Source: a virus. Taken from it: a stretch of 64,000 nucleotides of DNA. Numbering within the stretch: position 1 is the first letter of the stretch; each line of letters begins with the position of its first letter. Both the position numbers and the translations under genes were made by a program. Below are positions 8,795 to 16,999 of this stretch, piece by piece. The notes under the pieces are model-generated. The model had not been told where the DNA came from. It searched no databases and saw only the letters and a list, made by a program, of their open reading frames with translations. The DNA is taken from IMG/VR virus record IMGVR_UViG_3300023243_000351. One strand, given 5' to 3'.

Positions 8795-8844
8795 TATTTA
8801 TTGGGTAGTTGACTAATTATATAAGGAACAGGGCAGTTAGTCAA
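8795..8844 (-). promoter_or_regulatory. Tandem sigma70-type and TAAATA promoters
   Basis: TTGACT (8844-8839), 17 bp, TATAAT (8821-8816); TAAATA at 8800-8795, 6 nt before the ATG. Confidence 0.7.
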
Positions 8845-8860
8845 CTGAATTTTTTGCCAA

Positions 8861-9586
8861 TTAAACCTGCGTTAGGTTATGCAACACACCTTCGCCAAAC
8901 ACTGCGATTTCGTGTGAGCCGCTTGCGGTGGCCGCTTGGAACTGTATATCAGACTTCTCGTCGTACTTGAAAGGCATCTGACGTTGGATGTGCATGTTGT
9001 CAGCAAAAGTAGTTCGTGCTACGTTCAATACTCTACCTGCCGCATTGCTAACATAATTTCTAAAGATAGCAGGTTTACCAGCAGTACTATCAGCACTGAA
9101 TGCGTCGATGCGATACAACAAGAAACAATGATTTCTCGGTACTGTGTAAAAACTTTCTTGGCATCTACCATTTCCTGGCAGTATGGTTTTGTAGAATGTA
9201 GCAGAGCCCCCAAGGTCGTTACCTATGTCTATGGTTCCTGCATTTGATCCTGTGAGAATAATTGCGGTGTTGATTCTAAAAAAACTTGCTGTGGTTGTTT
9301 GCACTGCTGTGCCTGCCAGTGTAACTGTGTCTTGGATGGCATCATAGTTAGCATCAAGACCGATAAGTAGAACCTGCATAGTGTCGGCGCTTTGGGTGCT
9401 TTTGATCTGCATCTGTTGTACGGCAGGAGGAAAAACGTATGTTGCGGTTTTGCCCCATAGTGCTCTAAAGGCTGTGGTTGCGGCTGTCTGGTAGCCAAAA
9501 ATATTCTGTACTGAGTTGCCACCAGTATCGTCAAGTGCTATTGCGGCGCTAAAGTCAAAGTACTTTCTATTTGCCATATTGGCCAT
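8861..9586 (-). CDS. Conserved phage protein, probably virion-associated
   Basis: 241 aa, beta-rich, A/T/G-rich; last gene of a TAAATA-driven operon. Confidence 0.55.
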   Translation of the reverse strand: MANMANRKYFDFSAAIALDDTGGNSVQNIFGYQTAATTAFRALWGKTATYVFPPAVQQMQIKSTQSADTMQVLLIGLDANYDAIQDTVTLAGTAVQTTTASFFRINTAIILTGSNAGTIDIGNDLGGSATFYKTILPGNGRCQESFYTVPRNHCFLLYRIDAFSADSTAGKPAIFRNYVSNAAGRVLNVARTTFADNMHIQRQMPFKYDEKSDIQFQAATASGSHEIAVFGEGVLHNLTQV

Positions 9587-9589
9587 TGG

Positions 9590-10027
9590 TTACTCTGCCC
9601 AAGGTCGGCCTAACAACAATCCACCTGAGTTGGCATTGTCGACCACGTTGTTGCCAACATATCTTGTAGGTAACTCAGTTCTGTCGTATGTAGCAGGGTC
9701 ACCTAAGAATTCTCGTTTGGCTGATGCAATTTCTAGTTTCTGTATTTGGCGAGCTTCCAGTGTACCGTCTGCTTTGGCCTTGCATATCAAGAACGTACCA
9801 GTACCAAACCCAAGAGTTGCTAATGTATCAGTACCATTGTTGGTAATGTTTATGAGTGGGTTGGTGTTTAGAAAGATATCACCGTACATGGCGTCAGTTA
9901 AACTTGCACTTTCTTCTTCCTGTGCTCTGATCAGTGCTGGGACGTCGTCAAGCTGTAACCCGTCGTCTAGTGTTATAGGTATTTGTCTACCTGTGAGACC
10001 TTTGACTGTGATGGTAATGTTGGCCAT
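9590..10027 (-). CDS. Protein with a ubiquitin-like (beta-grasp) N-terminal domain
   Basis: ITITVKGLTGRQIPITLDDGLQLDDVPALIRAQE resembles ubiquitin MQIFVKTLTGKTITLEV...ENVKAKIQDKE; C-terminal LPTRY...GGLLLGRPW. Confidence 0.5.
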   Translation of the reverse strand: MANITITVKGLTGRQIPITLDDGLQLDDVPALIRAQEEESASLTDAMYGDIFLNTNPLINITNNGTDTLATLGFGTGTFLICKAKADGTLEARQIQKLEIASAKREFLGDPATYDRTELPTRYVGNNVVDNANSGGLLLGRPWAE

Positions 10028-10030
10028 GTG

Positions 10031-10378
10031 TTATTTCCTTGCTTGGTAATCTGGATACATGCTGGTTGCATCAGTTCTAATGTCTGCAGGGTTCTTAGCC
10101 TTGTGTACATCGTCACCTGAAGGAAATGCGGCTTGCATAGGAGCGATAATTTCCTTAGGCTCGTTGGCATATCCTGCATTGTCGCAACCACATGGATCAC
10201 GTCCGCAGACATCACATGCGCCATCATCGCCTACTTTTAATATGCCAGCTAGTGTTTGCATGTCCATGGTCTCTTGGTCTGGCTCACTGACAGCGATAGC
10301 AATCATAGGTTCCTGTGCTGGCTGTTCTGCTTGGTCAACTATGTCTAGCACAGTGCGTATAATGTCTGTTATTCTCAT
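10031..10378 (-). CDS. Hypothetical protein with a CxxCxxxPCxC motif
   Basis: MRITDIIR N-terminus; CDVCGRDPCGC; TAAATA 5 nt upstream of the ATG. Confidence 0.65.
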   Translation of the reverse strand: MRITDIIRTVLDIVDQAEQPAQEPMIAIAVSEPDQETMDMQTLAGILKVGDDGACDVCGRDPCGCDNAGYANEPKEIIAPMQAAFPSGDDVHKAKNPADIRTDATSMYPDYQARK

Positions 10379-10395
10379 ACTAATATTTAGTCAAA

Positions 10396-10421
10396 AATAA
10401 ACCCGCTCCAGCGGGTTTATT
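10396..10421. terminator. Intrinsic terminator hairpin
   Basis: AATAAACCCGCT-cc-AGCGGGTTTATT perfect inverted repeat downstream of 10449-10682. Confidence 0.75.
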
Positions 10422-10448
10422 GATTAACTTGAAAAATTTAAAAAGCGA

Positions 10449-10682
10449 TTACTTAGCTTTCCAAACGGTATACAAGACCCAAACAGCTAACAAGCCTACT
10501 AGACCTTGACCACCCAATGTGTTAACAACATCTGTCACGTTACCGATAACACTTGGGGTTGGCAAGAACGGAATTGCTGAGTTGCCCATTAATAGTTCTA
10601 AAACAATACTTAATGCTAGGACTGAAACAACTACTTCAGCTAATTCACCTGCCCACGTTTTGATTGTGGCTAATATTTCCAT
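10449..10682 (-). CDS. Small two-TM membrane protein
   Basis: Hydrophobic 77 aa with GLVGLLAVWVL; own GGAG RBS, leader hairpin and terminator. Confidence 0.7.
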   Translation of the reverse strand: MEILATIKTWAGELAEVVVSVLALSIVLELLMGNSAIPFLPTPSVIGNVTDVVNTLGGQGLVGLLAVWVLYTVWKAK

Positions 10683-10788
10683 TTTTTATATCTCCATTTA
10701 ATGAGCCGCGATTAAATTGCGGCTACAGGATATTTAAAGGAATAAGAGAGTAGTTATGTGACAGTTTAACTGATTTTGGTATATTTAG

Positions 10789-11100
10789 TTAATGCACTAT
10801 AAAACTGCCCAATTCAAAGTAAAAATTGCCTCTTTGTATACTTCCTCGTATAGAGTCTATAAACTTTTCATTATCTTCCGCTTCAATCCTGTTATCAATA
10901 ACATGTCCGAGCAGGTCAAACAACTGGAGTAACTGCTGCTTAATCTCGTCATAGTCAGGATCATCCAACTCCTCAGCTCGCTCGTGAATGTAGTCCATCA
11001 ACTCCTCTAGTTCGTCCTCTTGGAGCCGGTTAACGTCAGTTTTTCCTGTAGCAATTTTATCCAGCAATTGCTCTAGTTCTTTTTTGTATAATATCTGCAT
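10789..11100 (-). CDS. Acidic hypothetical protein
   Basis: 103 aa; TAAGTA 5 nt upstream of the ATG. Confidence 0.6.
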   Translation of the reverse strand: MQILYKKELEQLLDKIATGKTDVNRLQEDELEELMDYIHERAEELDDPDYDEIKQQLLQLFDLLGHVIDNRIEAEDNEKFIDSIRGSIQRGNFYFELGSFIVH

Positions 11101-11201
11101 AATAATACTTAGTAAGGTTAATAATTTTTAGTCTAGGTATTTAAGTGCTTCTCGATTGCCCTAGCTTCTCCTGGTCTTAAATTGTATTGAGCACCAGACC
11201 G

Positions 11202-11480
11202 CTATCTATCCGCAGTCATGGCTTGGTATACACCCAATTTTGCACACGCTAAAGCGGATGGGCACACCGTCACCTCGTTGCGCTTGACCTTGCTCGGTAC
11301 GGGTAGAGTTTTATTCGCCTCAACGTAAAAAGATAACCCAGCCTCTAAAGCATCAACGGCATTGAGTAACGCCTCTTCTTTATCAGCACCAAAAGTAATG
11401 GCTTCTGGAACATCCCGAAATGTCGCCAAGATGGTGTCGCCATCTTTCGTTAAAGTGACTGGATATTTAAACATATTCAT
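11202..11480 (-). CDS. hicB: HicB-family antitoxin, N-terminal domain only (no HTH), with no adjacent hicA
   Basis: KYPVTLTKDGDTILATFRDVPEAITFGADKEEALLNAVDALEAGLSFY...LPVPS matches the HicB N-domain; stops before the DNA-binding domain. Confidence 0.85.
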   Translation of the reverse strand: MNMFKYPVTLTKDGDTILATFRDVPEAITFGADKEEALLNAVDALEAGLSFYVEANKTLPVPSKVKRNEVTVCPSALACAKLGVYQAMTADR

Positions 11481-11504
11481 TTTTTCCTCATTGTTTTGTG
11501 TATC

Positions 11505-11621
11505 TCATATAAATTCACCGGGCATTCCTTTTAAAGATTGTTTAGCCGTGGCATGACCTTGCTCTGCTTCTTTCTTTGTTTCTTCGATGTTCATGTTTTC
11601 AAAGTTCATATCTTTGTTCAT
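11505..11621 (-). CDS. 38-aa ORF, possibly a Sel1-repeat remnant
   Basis: AGGAG RBS; MNKDMNFENMNIEETKKEAEQGHATAKQSLKGMPGEFI. Confidence 0.4.
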   Translation of the reverse strand: MNKDMNFENMNIEETKKEAEQGHATAKQSLKGMPGEFI

Positions 11622-11703
11622 GTTGTTTTCTCCTTTTAAAGATATATTTGATACAAGCTGTCTTGAGTACTTTGCTCTGCGGCTTTTAGTATTTCTTTAA
11701 AGC

Positions 11704-11901
11704 TCATGTTGTTTCCCTGTAAGTCATTTTGAGTGCTTCTTGATTGCCCCAGGCATTATAATCATCAGCTACTGAGTTGTATGTATCAATGAGTCTATCA
11801 ATATCTTCTTTGATCATTGCCTGTTCCTGCAAAGTCATGTTGGGGTGAATAGAGTGTTTGATTTTCTTTAACTCATATATAAACTCTAAAACGTCAGTCA
11901 T
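11704..11901 (-). CDS. Hypothetical early protein
   Basis: TAATG overlap with the upstream ORF; GGAGG RBS. Confidence 0.6.
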   Translation of the reverse strand: MTDVLEFIYELKKIKHSIHPNMTLQEQAMIKEDIDRLIDTYNSVADDYNAWGNQEALKMTYRETT

Positions 11902-12080
11902 TATTCAATTACCTCCGATTCGACAGTTAGATTGCGAAGTGCAGTTTCTTCTAACCCATTGTTTAACTGCGTTATTATAAGTTCACATTGATACTGATTA
12001 TTAGGAAATGGTTGTGTAATTACCTTACCATCTTCTGCAACATACCAACGTTTTCTTGGTGCCATAGCATAATTAGCCAT
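11901..12080 (-). CDS. Hypothetical early protein (MANYAMAPRK...)
   Basis: Start reassigned to ATG 12080 behind AGGAG; removes the overlap with rpoZ. Confidence 0.6.
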   Translation of the reverse strand: MANYAMAPRKRWYVAEDGKVITQPFPNNQYQCELIITQLNNGLEETALRNLTVESEVIE

Positions 12081-12093
12081 AATGTTTCTCCTG

Positions 12094-12312
12094 TTATTTA
12101 GAATCTTGATTATATTCATCCACTGTATACAAACCTTGTTCGATCTCTCTAATAGCAGTACTGGCTGCCTTTTCGTCTTGGATTTCCGTAACTCTAGGCT
12201 CGGCACCTTGTGCAATCTCGCGAGTCCTTTGTGATGCCATCAGTATCAGTAAATACTGATCGCCGCCGCATACTTCGATTGCTTTGTCTGACCTTCCTGC
12301 AATTTTGGACAT
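12094..12312 (-). CDS. rpoZ: Phage-encoded RNA polymerase omega subunit
   Basis: DKAIEVCGGDQYLLILMASQRTREIAQGAEP...EKAASTAIREIEQGL aligns with omega (NRFDLVLVAARRARQM...KTTVIALREIEEGL); AAGGAG RBS. Confidence 0.85.
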   Translation of the reverse strand: MSKIAGRSDKAIEVCGGDQYLLILMASQRTREIAQGAEPRVTEIQDEKAASTAIREIEQGLYTVDEYNQDSK

Positions 12313-12327
12313 ACTGGTTCTCCTTGT

Positions 12328-12642
12328 TTATAAAATAATTTCGTTCAAACTGTCAAACCCGGCATTAGCAACAATGTACTGATTGCCATATGTTTCACTT
12401 TCTATCATGTAGCCAATTTCTAATTTGGCTACATGATCGAGCAAGTAGCCTGAAGTGGTGGCCTTGTGCCGCACTTCGTTTAAATTATGAGCGTGTATAC
12501 ATGCCACCCTTTTATATTGTCGTTTAGCCATTGCCTGCCTTGCATGATCCTTGTTGAAGAACAGGCTATCTCTTCCATAAAAACTCTTGTTGTGATACAA
12601 GTCACTATCACGTTCCATCTGATAAATTATAAACTTGTACAT
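12328..12642 (-). CDS. Hypothetical early protein
   Basis: 104-aa ORF in the early operon. Confidence 0.55.
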   Translation of the reverse strand: MYKFIIYQMERDSDLYHNKSFYGRDSLFFNKDHARQAMAKRQYKRVACIHAHNLNEVRHKATTSGYLLDHVAKLEIGYMIESETYGNQYIVANAGFDSLNEIIL

Positions 12643-12651
12643 CTTGCCCTC

Positions 12652-12825
12652 TTAGTAAGACAGTTGTGTATCGAAGTGATGCTGTTCTAATTGAATTTCA
12701 CGTTCAAGTTGTTCACGTTTAAAAGTTAATTTCTTACGCAAGTCCATCTTATCTTGTTCTGTACCAGCACAAATAAGATCGTACTCAATTGAATTAATAA
12801 AGTGTACCATTTCTTTATTGGTCAT
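12652..12825 (-). CDS. 57-aa hypothetical early protein (not in the ORF track)
   Basis: MTNKEMVHFINSIEYDLICAG...; GGAGG RBS; TAATG coupling. Confidence 0.55.
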   Translation of the reverse strand: MTNKEMVHFINSIEYDLICAGTEQDKMDLRKKLTFKREQLEREIQLEQHHFDTQLSY

Positions 12826-13055
12826 TACGCTACCTCCACTTTGTATTCAAAAGTATAAATTTCACGCATAATCTCGTAAACACGTTCACGGTCTACAGTA
12901 TCACCACCGCCCCAATTTACTTGGTCTGACATGCGACTAAAGTAAATGTCTACTGCATGGGCTATTTCTTTTTTAGTAAAGGCCATGTCGTATAAGCCAC
13001 CCATACCGTAAAAGTCGTTGCAGTAATTTACAAACTCTTTAACTGTTAACTGCAT
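12825..13055 (-). CDS. Hypothetical early protein (MQLTVKEF...)
   Basis: Start reassigned to 13055 behind AAGGAGCTAA; YCNDFYG...GGGDTVDRERV. Confidence 0.65.
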   Translation of the reverse strand: MQLTVKEFVNYCNDFYGMGGLYDMAFTKKEIAHAVDIYFSRMSDQVNWGGGDTVDRERVYEIMREIYTFEYKVEVA

Positions 13056-13057
13056 CT

Positions 13058-13146
13058 TTAGCTCCTTATTAGTTAATATACGTAGTATTATAGATGTTTT
13101 TGGACAAACCGTCAACCAAAAAAAATCCTTTGTAATCAACAACTTA
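13058..13146 (-). promoter_or_regulatory. Early-promoter repeat copy 1 (sigma70 promoter, RBS, IHF-like site)
   Basis: TTGACG (13115-13110), 17 bp, TATAAT (13092-13087); RBS AAGGAGCTAA; AATCAACAACTTA at 13134-13146. Confidence 0.85.
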
Positions 13147-13287
13147 GATTGTTTTGAAACAACGGAGTAATGCATCACCTAACCAAACAGTACACGAAAA
13201 GCCAGATTTTGTAGCGTTCTCAACCGCTTGCTCTAAGGTGTCAAACTGTTTTGAATAACCAAAGCTGTAAAAATCTACTTTATACAT
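13144..13287 (-). CDS. 47-aa hypothetical early protein (not in the ORF track)
   Basis: MYKVDFYSFGYSKQFDTLEQAVENATKSGFSCTVW...; directly behind promoter copy 2. Confidence 0.6.
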   Translation of the reverse strand: MYKVDFYSFGYSKQFDTLEQAVENATKSGFSCTVWLGDALLRCFKTI

Positions 13288-13288
13288 A

Positions 13289-13359
13289 TTAGCTCCTCGC
13301 TGTTACTAGTTAATATACTTACGTATTATAGAGTCTTTTGGACAAGCCGTCAACCAAAA
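13289..13359 (-). promoter_or_regulatory. Early-promoter repeat copy 2
   Basis: TTGACG (13353-13348), 17 bp, TATAAT (13330-13325); GAGGAGCTAA RBS; 30 bp identical to 48591-48620. Confidence 0.85.
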
Positions 13360-13451
13360 CTATACGTCATTGTATACAAAGACTTTTTTAGAGTGTTTTT
13401 AGAGTGGTTTCAGCCCAGGATTGGGCTGTTTGGTGTCACTTTGTTGTGGTT

Positions 13452-13679
13452 TTAGTGCAGGGTAATGTCGTTATTAAACTGTTCAAGGTCAGTAACATCC
13501 AACAGTTTCATAATTTGTTTGATAATTTTCGGCGGATTATTGTCAAAAATTGCTTCTGGGACAAAGGCATACTTCAAGTTGCCGTCTGAATCAAATACAA
13601 AGCCATAGTCTTCTGCATCTATGTCTTGCTCTTGTTGCGCTTCGATTACTTCAAAATCATCTGCAATAGGCTTGCTCAT
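13452..13679 (-). CDS. Acidic hypothetical protein
   Basis: 75 aa; AAGGA RBS. Confidence 0.6.
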   Translation of the reverse strand: MSKPIADDFEVIEAQQEQDIDAEDYGFVFDSDGNLKYAFVPEAIFDNNPPKIIKQIMKLLDVTDLEQFNNDITLH

Positions 13680-13690
13680 TCTACTATCCT

Positions 13691-14122
13691 TTATTCCGGG
13701 AAGACCATCTGTTCTTGCACAATGTATGGATCTTTAATTTCACCAGACTCAATTCTGCGTCTTTCTTCTGACCGTAAGTAAGTTACAATAGCAACTATAT
13801 CCATACCGTCAATGGTTGTACCAAATGCACCCATTGTGCCGCCTAAACTCTGATTGGTAATGCCCACACTAATGGTTGTGAATATACCCATGTTGGTATT
13901 TGAACTGTATGTAAACTTGCCACATGTTAAGCAAGGACCTTTGCCACCTTTGCCTTGGCCACCATGACAGAAGGAACAACGTCTGTCGTACCACTCTCGA
14001 CCATTTTGTACTGTGTCTGAGTTCGTAATATCTAGTGCCAGATCATTTTCGTTCATCTGATGAAGATCAGCTGAGAATAACAATGTGGGAATAAACAATA
14101 GAAAAAATAAAATCTTTGACAT
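13691..14122 (-). CDS. Periplasmic monoheme class I cytochrome c
   Basis: Signal peptide; CSFCH heme motif; GGKGPxL; distal Met in GGTMGAFG; C-terminal helix IVAIVTYLRS. Confidence 0.85.
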   Translation of the reverse strand: MSKILFFLLFIPTLLFSADLHQMNENDLALDITNSDTVQNGREWYDRRCSFCHGGQGKGGKGPCLTCGKFTYSSNTNMGIFTTISVGITNQSLGGTMGAFGTTIDGMDIVAIVTYLRSEERRRIESGEIKDPYIVQEQMVFPE

Positions 14123-14165
14123 ACTAAACCTCCAATAGTATTTATTTGGCTACTATGTTAGCAGT

Positions 14166-14792
14166 TTAGTTTTGGCTGTTTCTATCACCGTAAAATATGT
14201 GTGTGCCTATTTTAGCCAATTTAGGATAACGCCAGACAGGGCTAACATAATCTGCATGATAGAATACTGCTTGTTTTAAGCCAGGTAATCTTTTGCCTTC
14301 AATTAATACCTGTCTGGCTACTTCATAGCAACGGTCAAAGATAGTTTGATTAACTGACGAAATGCGATCTGATTTACCATCACAGTACCAACTGAATTGG
14401 CAACGATGTTTTACAGGATAATATACACTCTTGTCTTTCCAGGATGCTTTGGTTGGGCCTTGATATACCACATCACATATATCATCAGGGAAACTGTTGT
14501 GTGCCACTCGGTTAAGAGTGACCTGTGCCACAGCAATCATACCTTCAACTGGCTCACTACGAGCTTCCCAGTATATGTTCCTAGCAAGGCAATCCAATTC
14601 TCGCCTAACCTGTCTCATGTCAACAGGCGATTGCTTTACTGCTGTGTTAATAATTTCGATAGTTTCTGCGCCCACTGCTTGGTTTGCTGGCGCTTTAACA
14701 TTACTAGTGACTGCAATAATTGCATATACTACCAGCCACGTTCCTAGAAAAAATGTTACTAATCTTGACCATTTGGTTAGATCTTGCTTCAT
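14166..14792 (-). CDS. Cell-wall hydrolase (SleB/Hydrolase_2 family)
   Basis: CLARNIYWEARSE, AVAQVTLNRV, FPDDICDVVYQ, CQFSWYCDG, FYHADYVSPVW, IGTHIFY; N-terminal TM. Confidence 0.92.
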   Translation of the reverse strand: MKQDLTKWSRLVTFFLGTWLVVYAIIAVTSNVKAPANQAVGAETIEIINTAVKQSPVDMRQVRRELDCLARNIYWEARSEPVEGMIAVAQVTLNRVAHNSFPDDICDVVYQGPTKASWKDKSVYYPVKHRCQFSWYCDGKSDRISSVNQTIFDRCYEVARQVLIEGKRLPGLKQAVFYHADYVSPVWRYPKLAKIGTHIFYGDRNSQN

Positions 14793-14908
14793 GTTTTTCT
14801 CCTATCTTACCGCATCCAGTATTTAAAAGCGAGTCGGATGTAAGTTAACAACTGCTATTATACTATAATAGTGGGGTATAATCAAATTTTTTGGTATAAA
14901 TACATATT

Positions 14909-15214
14909 ATGCCAGCAATATGTAGAGTAGGTGACACACTAACAACCGGACATGGATGTGATACCACAACAACCATTGCTTCGCCAAACAACGACGGCAC
15001 TGTTCATGCTAACGGTATTGACATTATAGTAGTTGGTGCTCCGACAGTATCTCACCTAATACCCAGTGGAGATTCATGCGTACCTCACGTGGCATTTTTA
15101 AATGCTGGTTCAGGTAGTGTTTTCCTCAATGGTATTGGAGTAGGTAGAATAGGTGATAGTGCCGACGCCGGTGCTATGATAAGCGGATCACCTACTGTGT
15201 TTGCCGGCGGCTAG
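14909..15214 (+). CDS. PAAR-repeat spike-tip protein (T4 gp5.4-like)
   Basis: MPAICRVGD..TGHGC...H...PH...GSGSVFLNG..GRIGD...GSPTVFAG; TATAAATA at 14895-14902. Confidence 0.9.
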   Translation: MPAICRVGDTLTTGHGCDTTTTIASPNNDGTVHANGIDIIVVGAPTVSHLIPSGDSCVPHVAFLNAGSGSVFLNGIGVGRIGDSADAGAMISGSPTVFAGG

Positions 15215-15511
15215 TTAAGGCCTAACAATTTCCAACCCAGTTGTGGTCTTGATATAGTGTGTTTTGATTTGATCAATGCATTCAGCAATCATAACAACAT
15301 GATTTTTTTGAATAGACGCACTGGTATGTGGATCTGCTGTGAACAGTGCTTGAATTAATCCAACACCTTGCTGACCAGGTACTACATTGCATGCCTTCTC
15401 GACGTTGTAGTGATCTGCTGTTTCGCTGGTAATCTTTGCAACTATCTCTTCCCCAGTGATTAGTTTTAGTGCGCAGATCTGTCCTTCCCATTTACTATTT
15501 TCTAATAACAT
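15215..15511 (-). CDS. Conserved phage protein, Sm/LSm-like fold
   Basis: ALKLITGEEIVAKI...YIKTTTGL pattern; follows glutaredoxin. Confidence 0.55.
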   Translation of the reverse strand: MLLENSKWEGQICALKLITGEEIVAKITSETADHYNVEKACNVVPGQQGVGLIQALFTADPHTSASIQKNHVVMIAECIDQIKTHYIKTTTGLEIVRP

Positions 15512-15512
15512 G

Positions 15513-15758
15513 TTAACTCTCCTTGAGCTTATCGAAAAATTCAGTTGTTTGATCTGCTAACCCATTGTATCCTCCAGGTAGCAGTTGTTCATTGATATAA
15601 ATCTGAGGTACTGTACGCAAGCCAGCGTCAACGATGCGTTTCCTTGCATCTGCATCTTGTTCAATGTTTACTTCGGTGTACTTTATACCTTTGATCTCTA
15701 GTAGTGCTTTGGCCTTTGTGCAAAAAGGACAATTGTTTTTTGAATATATTGTAATCAT
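15513..15758 (-). CDS. Glutaredoxin
   Basis: IYSKNNCPFCTKAK, RTVPQIYI, GGY; promoter TTGACA, 16 bp, TATAAT ending 7 nt before the ATG. Confidence 0.95.
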   Translation of the reverse strand: MITIYSKNNCPFCTKAKALLEIKGIKYTEVNIEQDADARKRIVDAGLRTVPQIYINEQLLPGGYNGLADQTTEFFDKLKES

Positions 15759-15868
15759 ACGCTTAATTATACTTGTTAAAAATTATTTGTCAAACCCCGA
15801 TTAGTCCTAATTAGTTGATCTGGTACCAAGCTGTAGCCACCTACGTATATTCCTCTGTCTATTTTCAT

Positions 15869-16999
15869 TTATGTTCTAGTAGCTGTTAAGTCTTCTAACT
15901 TCCAACCTTTAGTTTTGCCTTTTTTTGGAATACCCCATTTCTTTTCAATTTGCATTTTAAGAGTACTCCAACTTAAATTATGTGTTTTACAGAAATCAGT
16001 AGATTCACCGCCGTATAATATGTGCTCATCCCCTGTTGGAGATGTTAGTCTGTAAGTGTGGCTATTTTTATTTTTTTTACCGATTCGCAACTTTGCTTTT
16101 TTGCTAATTAATGCCTTGGTACTTTCTTTTTGTGTTTTACCGTACATTGGGTTTCCGGCACCAGAATTTAATTCACTAAATCGTTTTCGTGTTTCGATGC
16201 TGTGTTGCTTAGGGCCATATCCACCTCTCTCTTTCTGAAGGCGTGATCTTAATTCTCGTTGTTGCTTTGCTTTGTTAACCCCGTATATTTCTTCGTATGT
16301 TCTACCTTTCTGATTAGGTGGGCGGGCATCAGGACATATATTGGTTAATATGCCATTCTTGTCATATCCTTTTCTACCATACTTTTTAATTGCAGTGGCC
16401 TCGATATCATACGCTAATTCCTCGTCTAATATGTTTTCAGCAATGTATTCAATTACTGGCTCTGCTCCGGACTTTCTTATACTCGCGATTTTATTTTCTT
16501 TGTAAACATTTCTAGTGTCGGACACAGTCCGTAAATGTGTTGTTGCTCTGTCACCTGTACCTTTGCCGATATAAAATGGTTGGTTATTTCTCGGATCCAC
16601 TATTTGATATACATAATACATTCGGTCACTCTCCTGTTTTAAATATTTAGCAAGAGACTGAGAGTAACAGTTAGGTATCGAGTAATCGTTGGATTGGTCT
16701 GAACTTAACGCAAAAATAATGTGTTCTCTGTTATCTTTATATGGTGTTACGTCTACTAACGTGTTATCTTGCCATACACTGTGTCTTATGGCCTGCACAA
16801 CATTGAACCCCTTTATAAAATAATAGCCAATTACTTTCTTGCCGCCGTATATACTAGAGTGTATTCTAACATTGTTATGGCAGTTATTATACTCGTATGC
16901 AGACTGTGCGTTAACTTTAACTGCTCCTACCCAATTACAATCGAGAGCTTTTGCCATAGACATAATCTCATTGTCAATTGTAACTGGGTTACTCCACAT
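15869..16999 (-). mobile_element. Free-standing GIY-YIG homing endonuclease with NUMOD3-type repeats, fused to an N-terminal Cys-His-Asp domain
   Basis: YYVYQIVDPRNNQPFYIGKGTGDRATTH (GIY-YIG), HSIETRKRFS/GAGNPMYGKT (NUMOD3-like); residues 1-126 carry C40 (NNCHNNV), H73 (IRHSVW), D83 (LVDVTP); internal TAAATA and AGGAG before Met127 (nt 16621). Confidence 0.85.

Noticed and set aside
14909-15214. Type VI secretion system
   Set aside because: A lone PAAR gene behind a phage late promoter fits a tail spike tip; no other T6SS genes are present.
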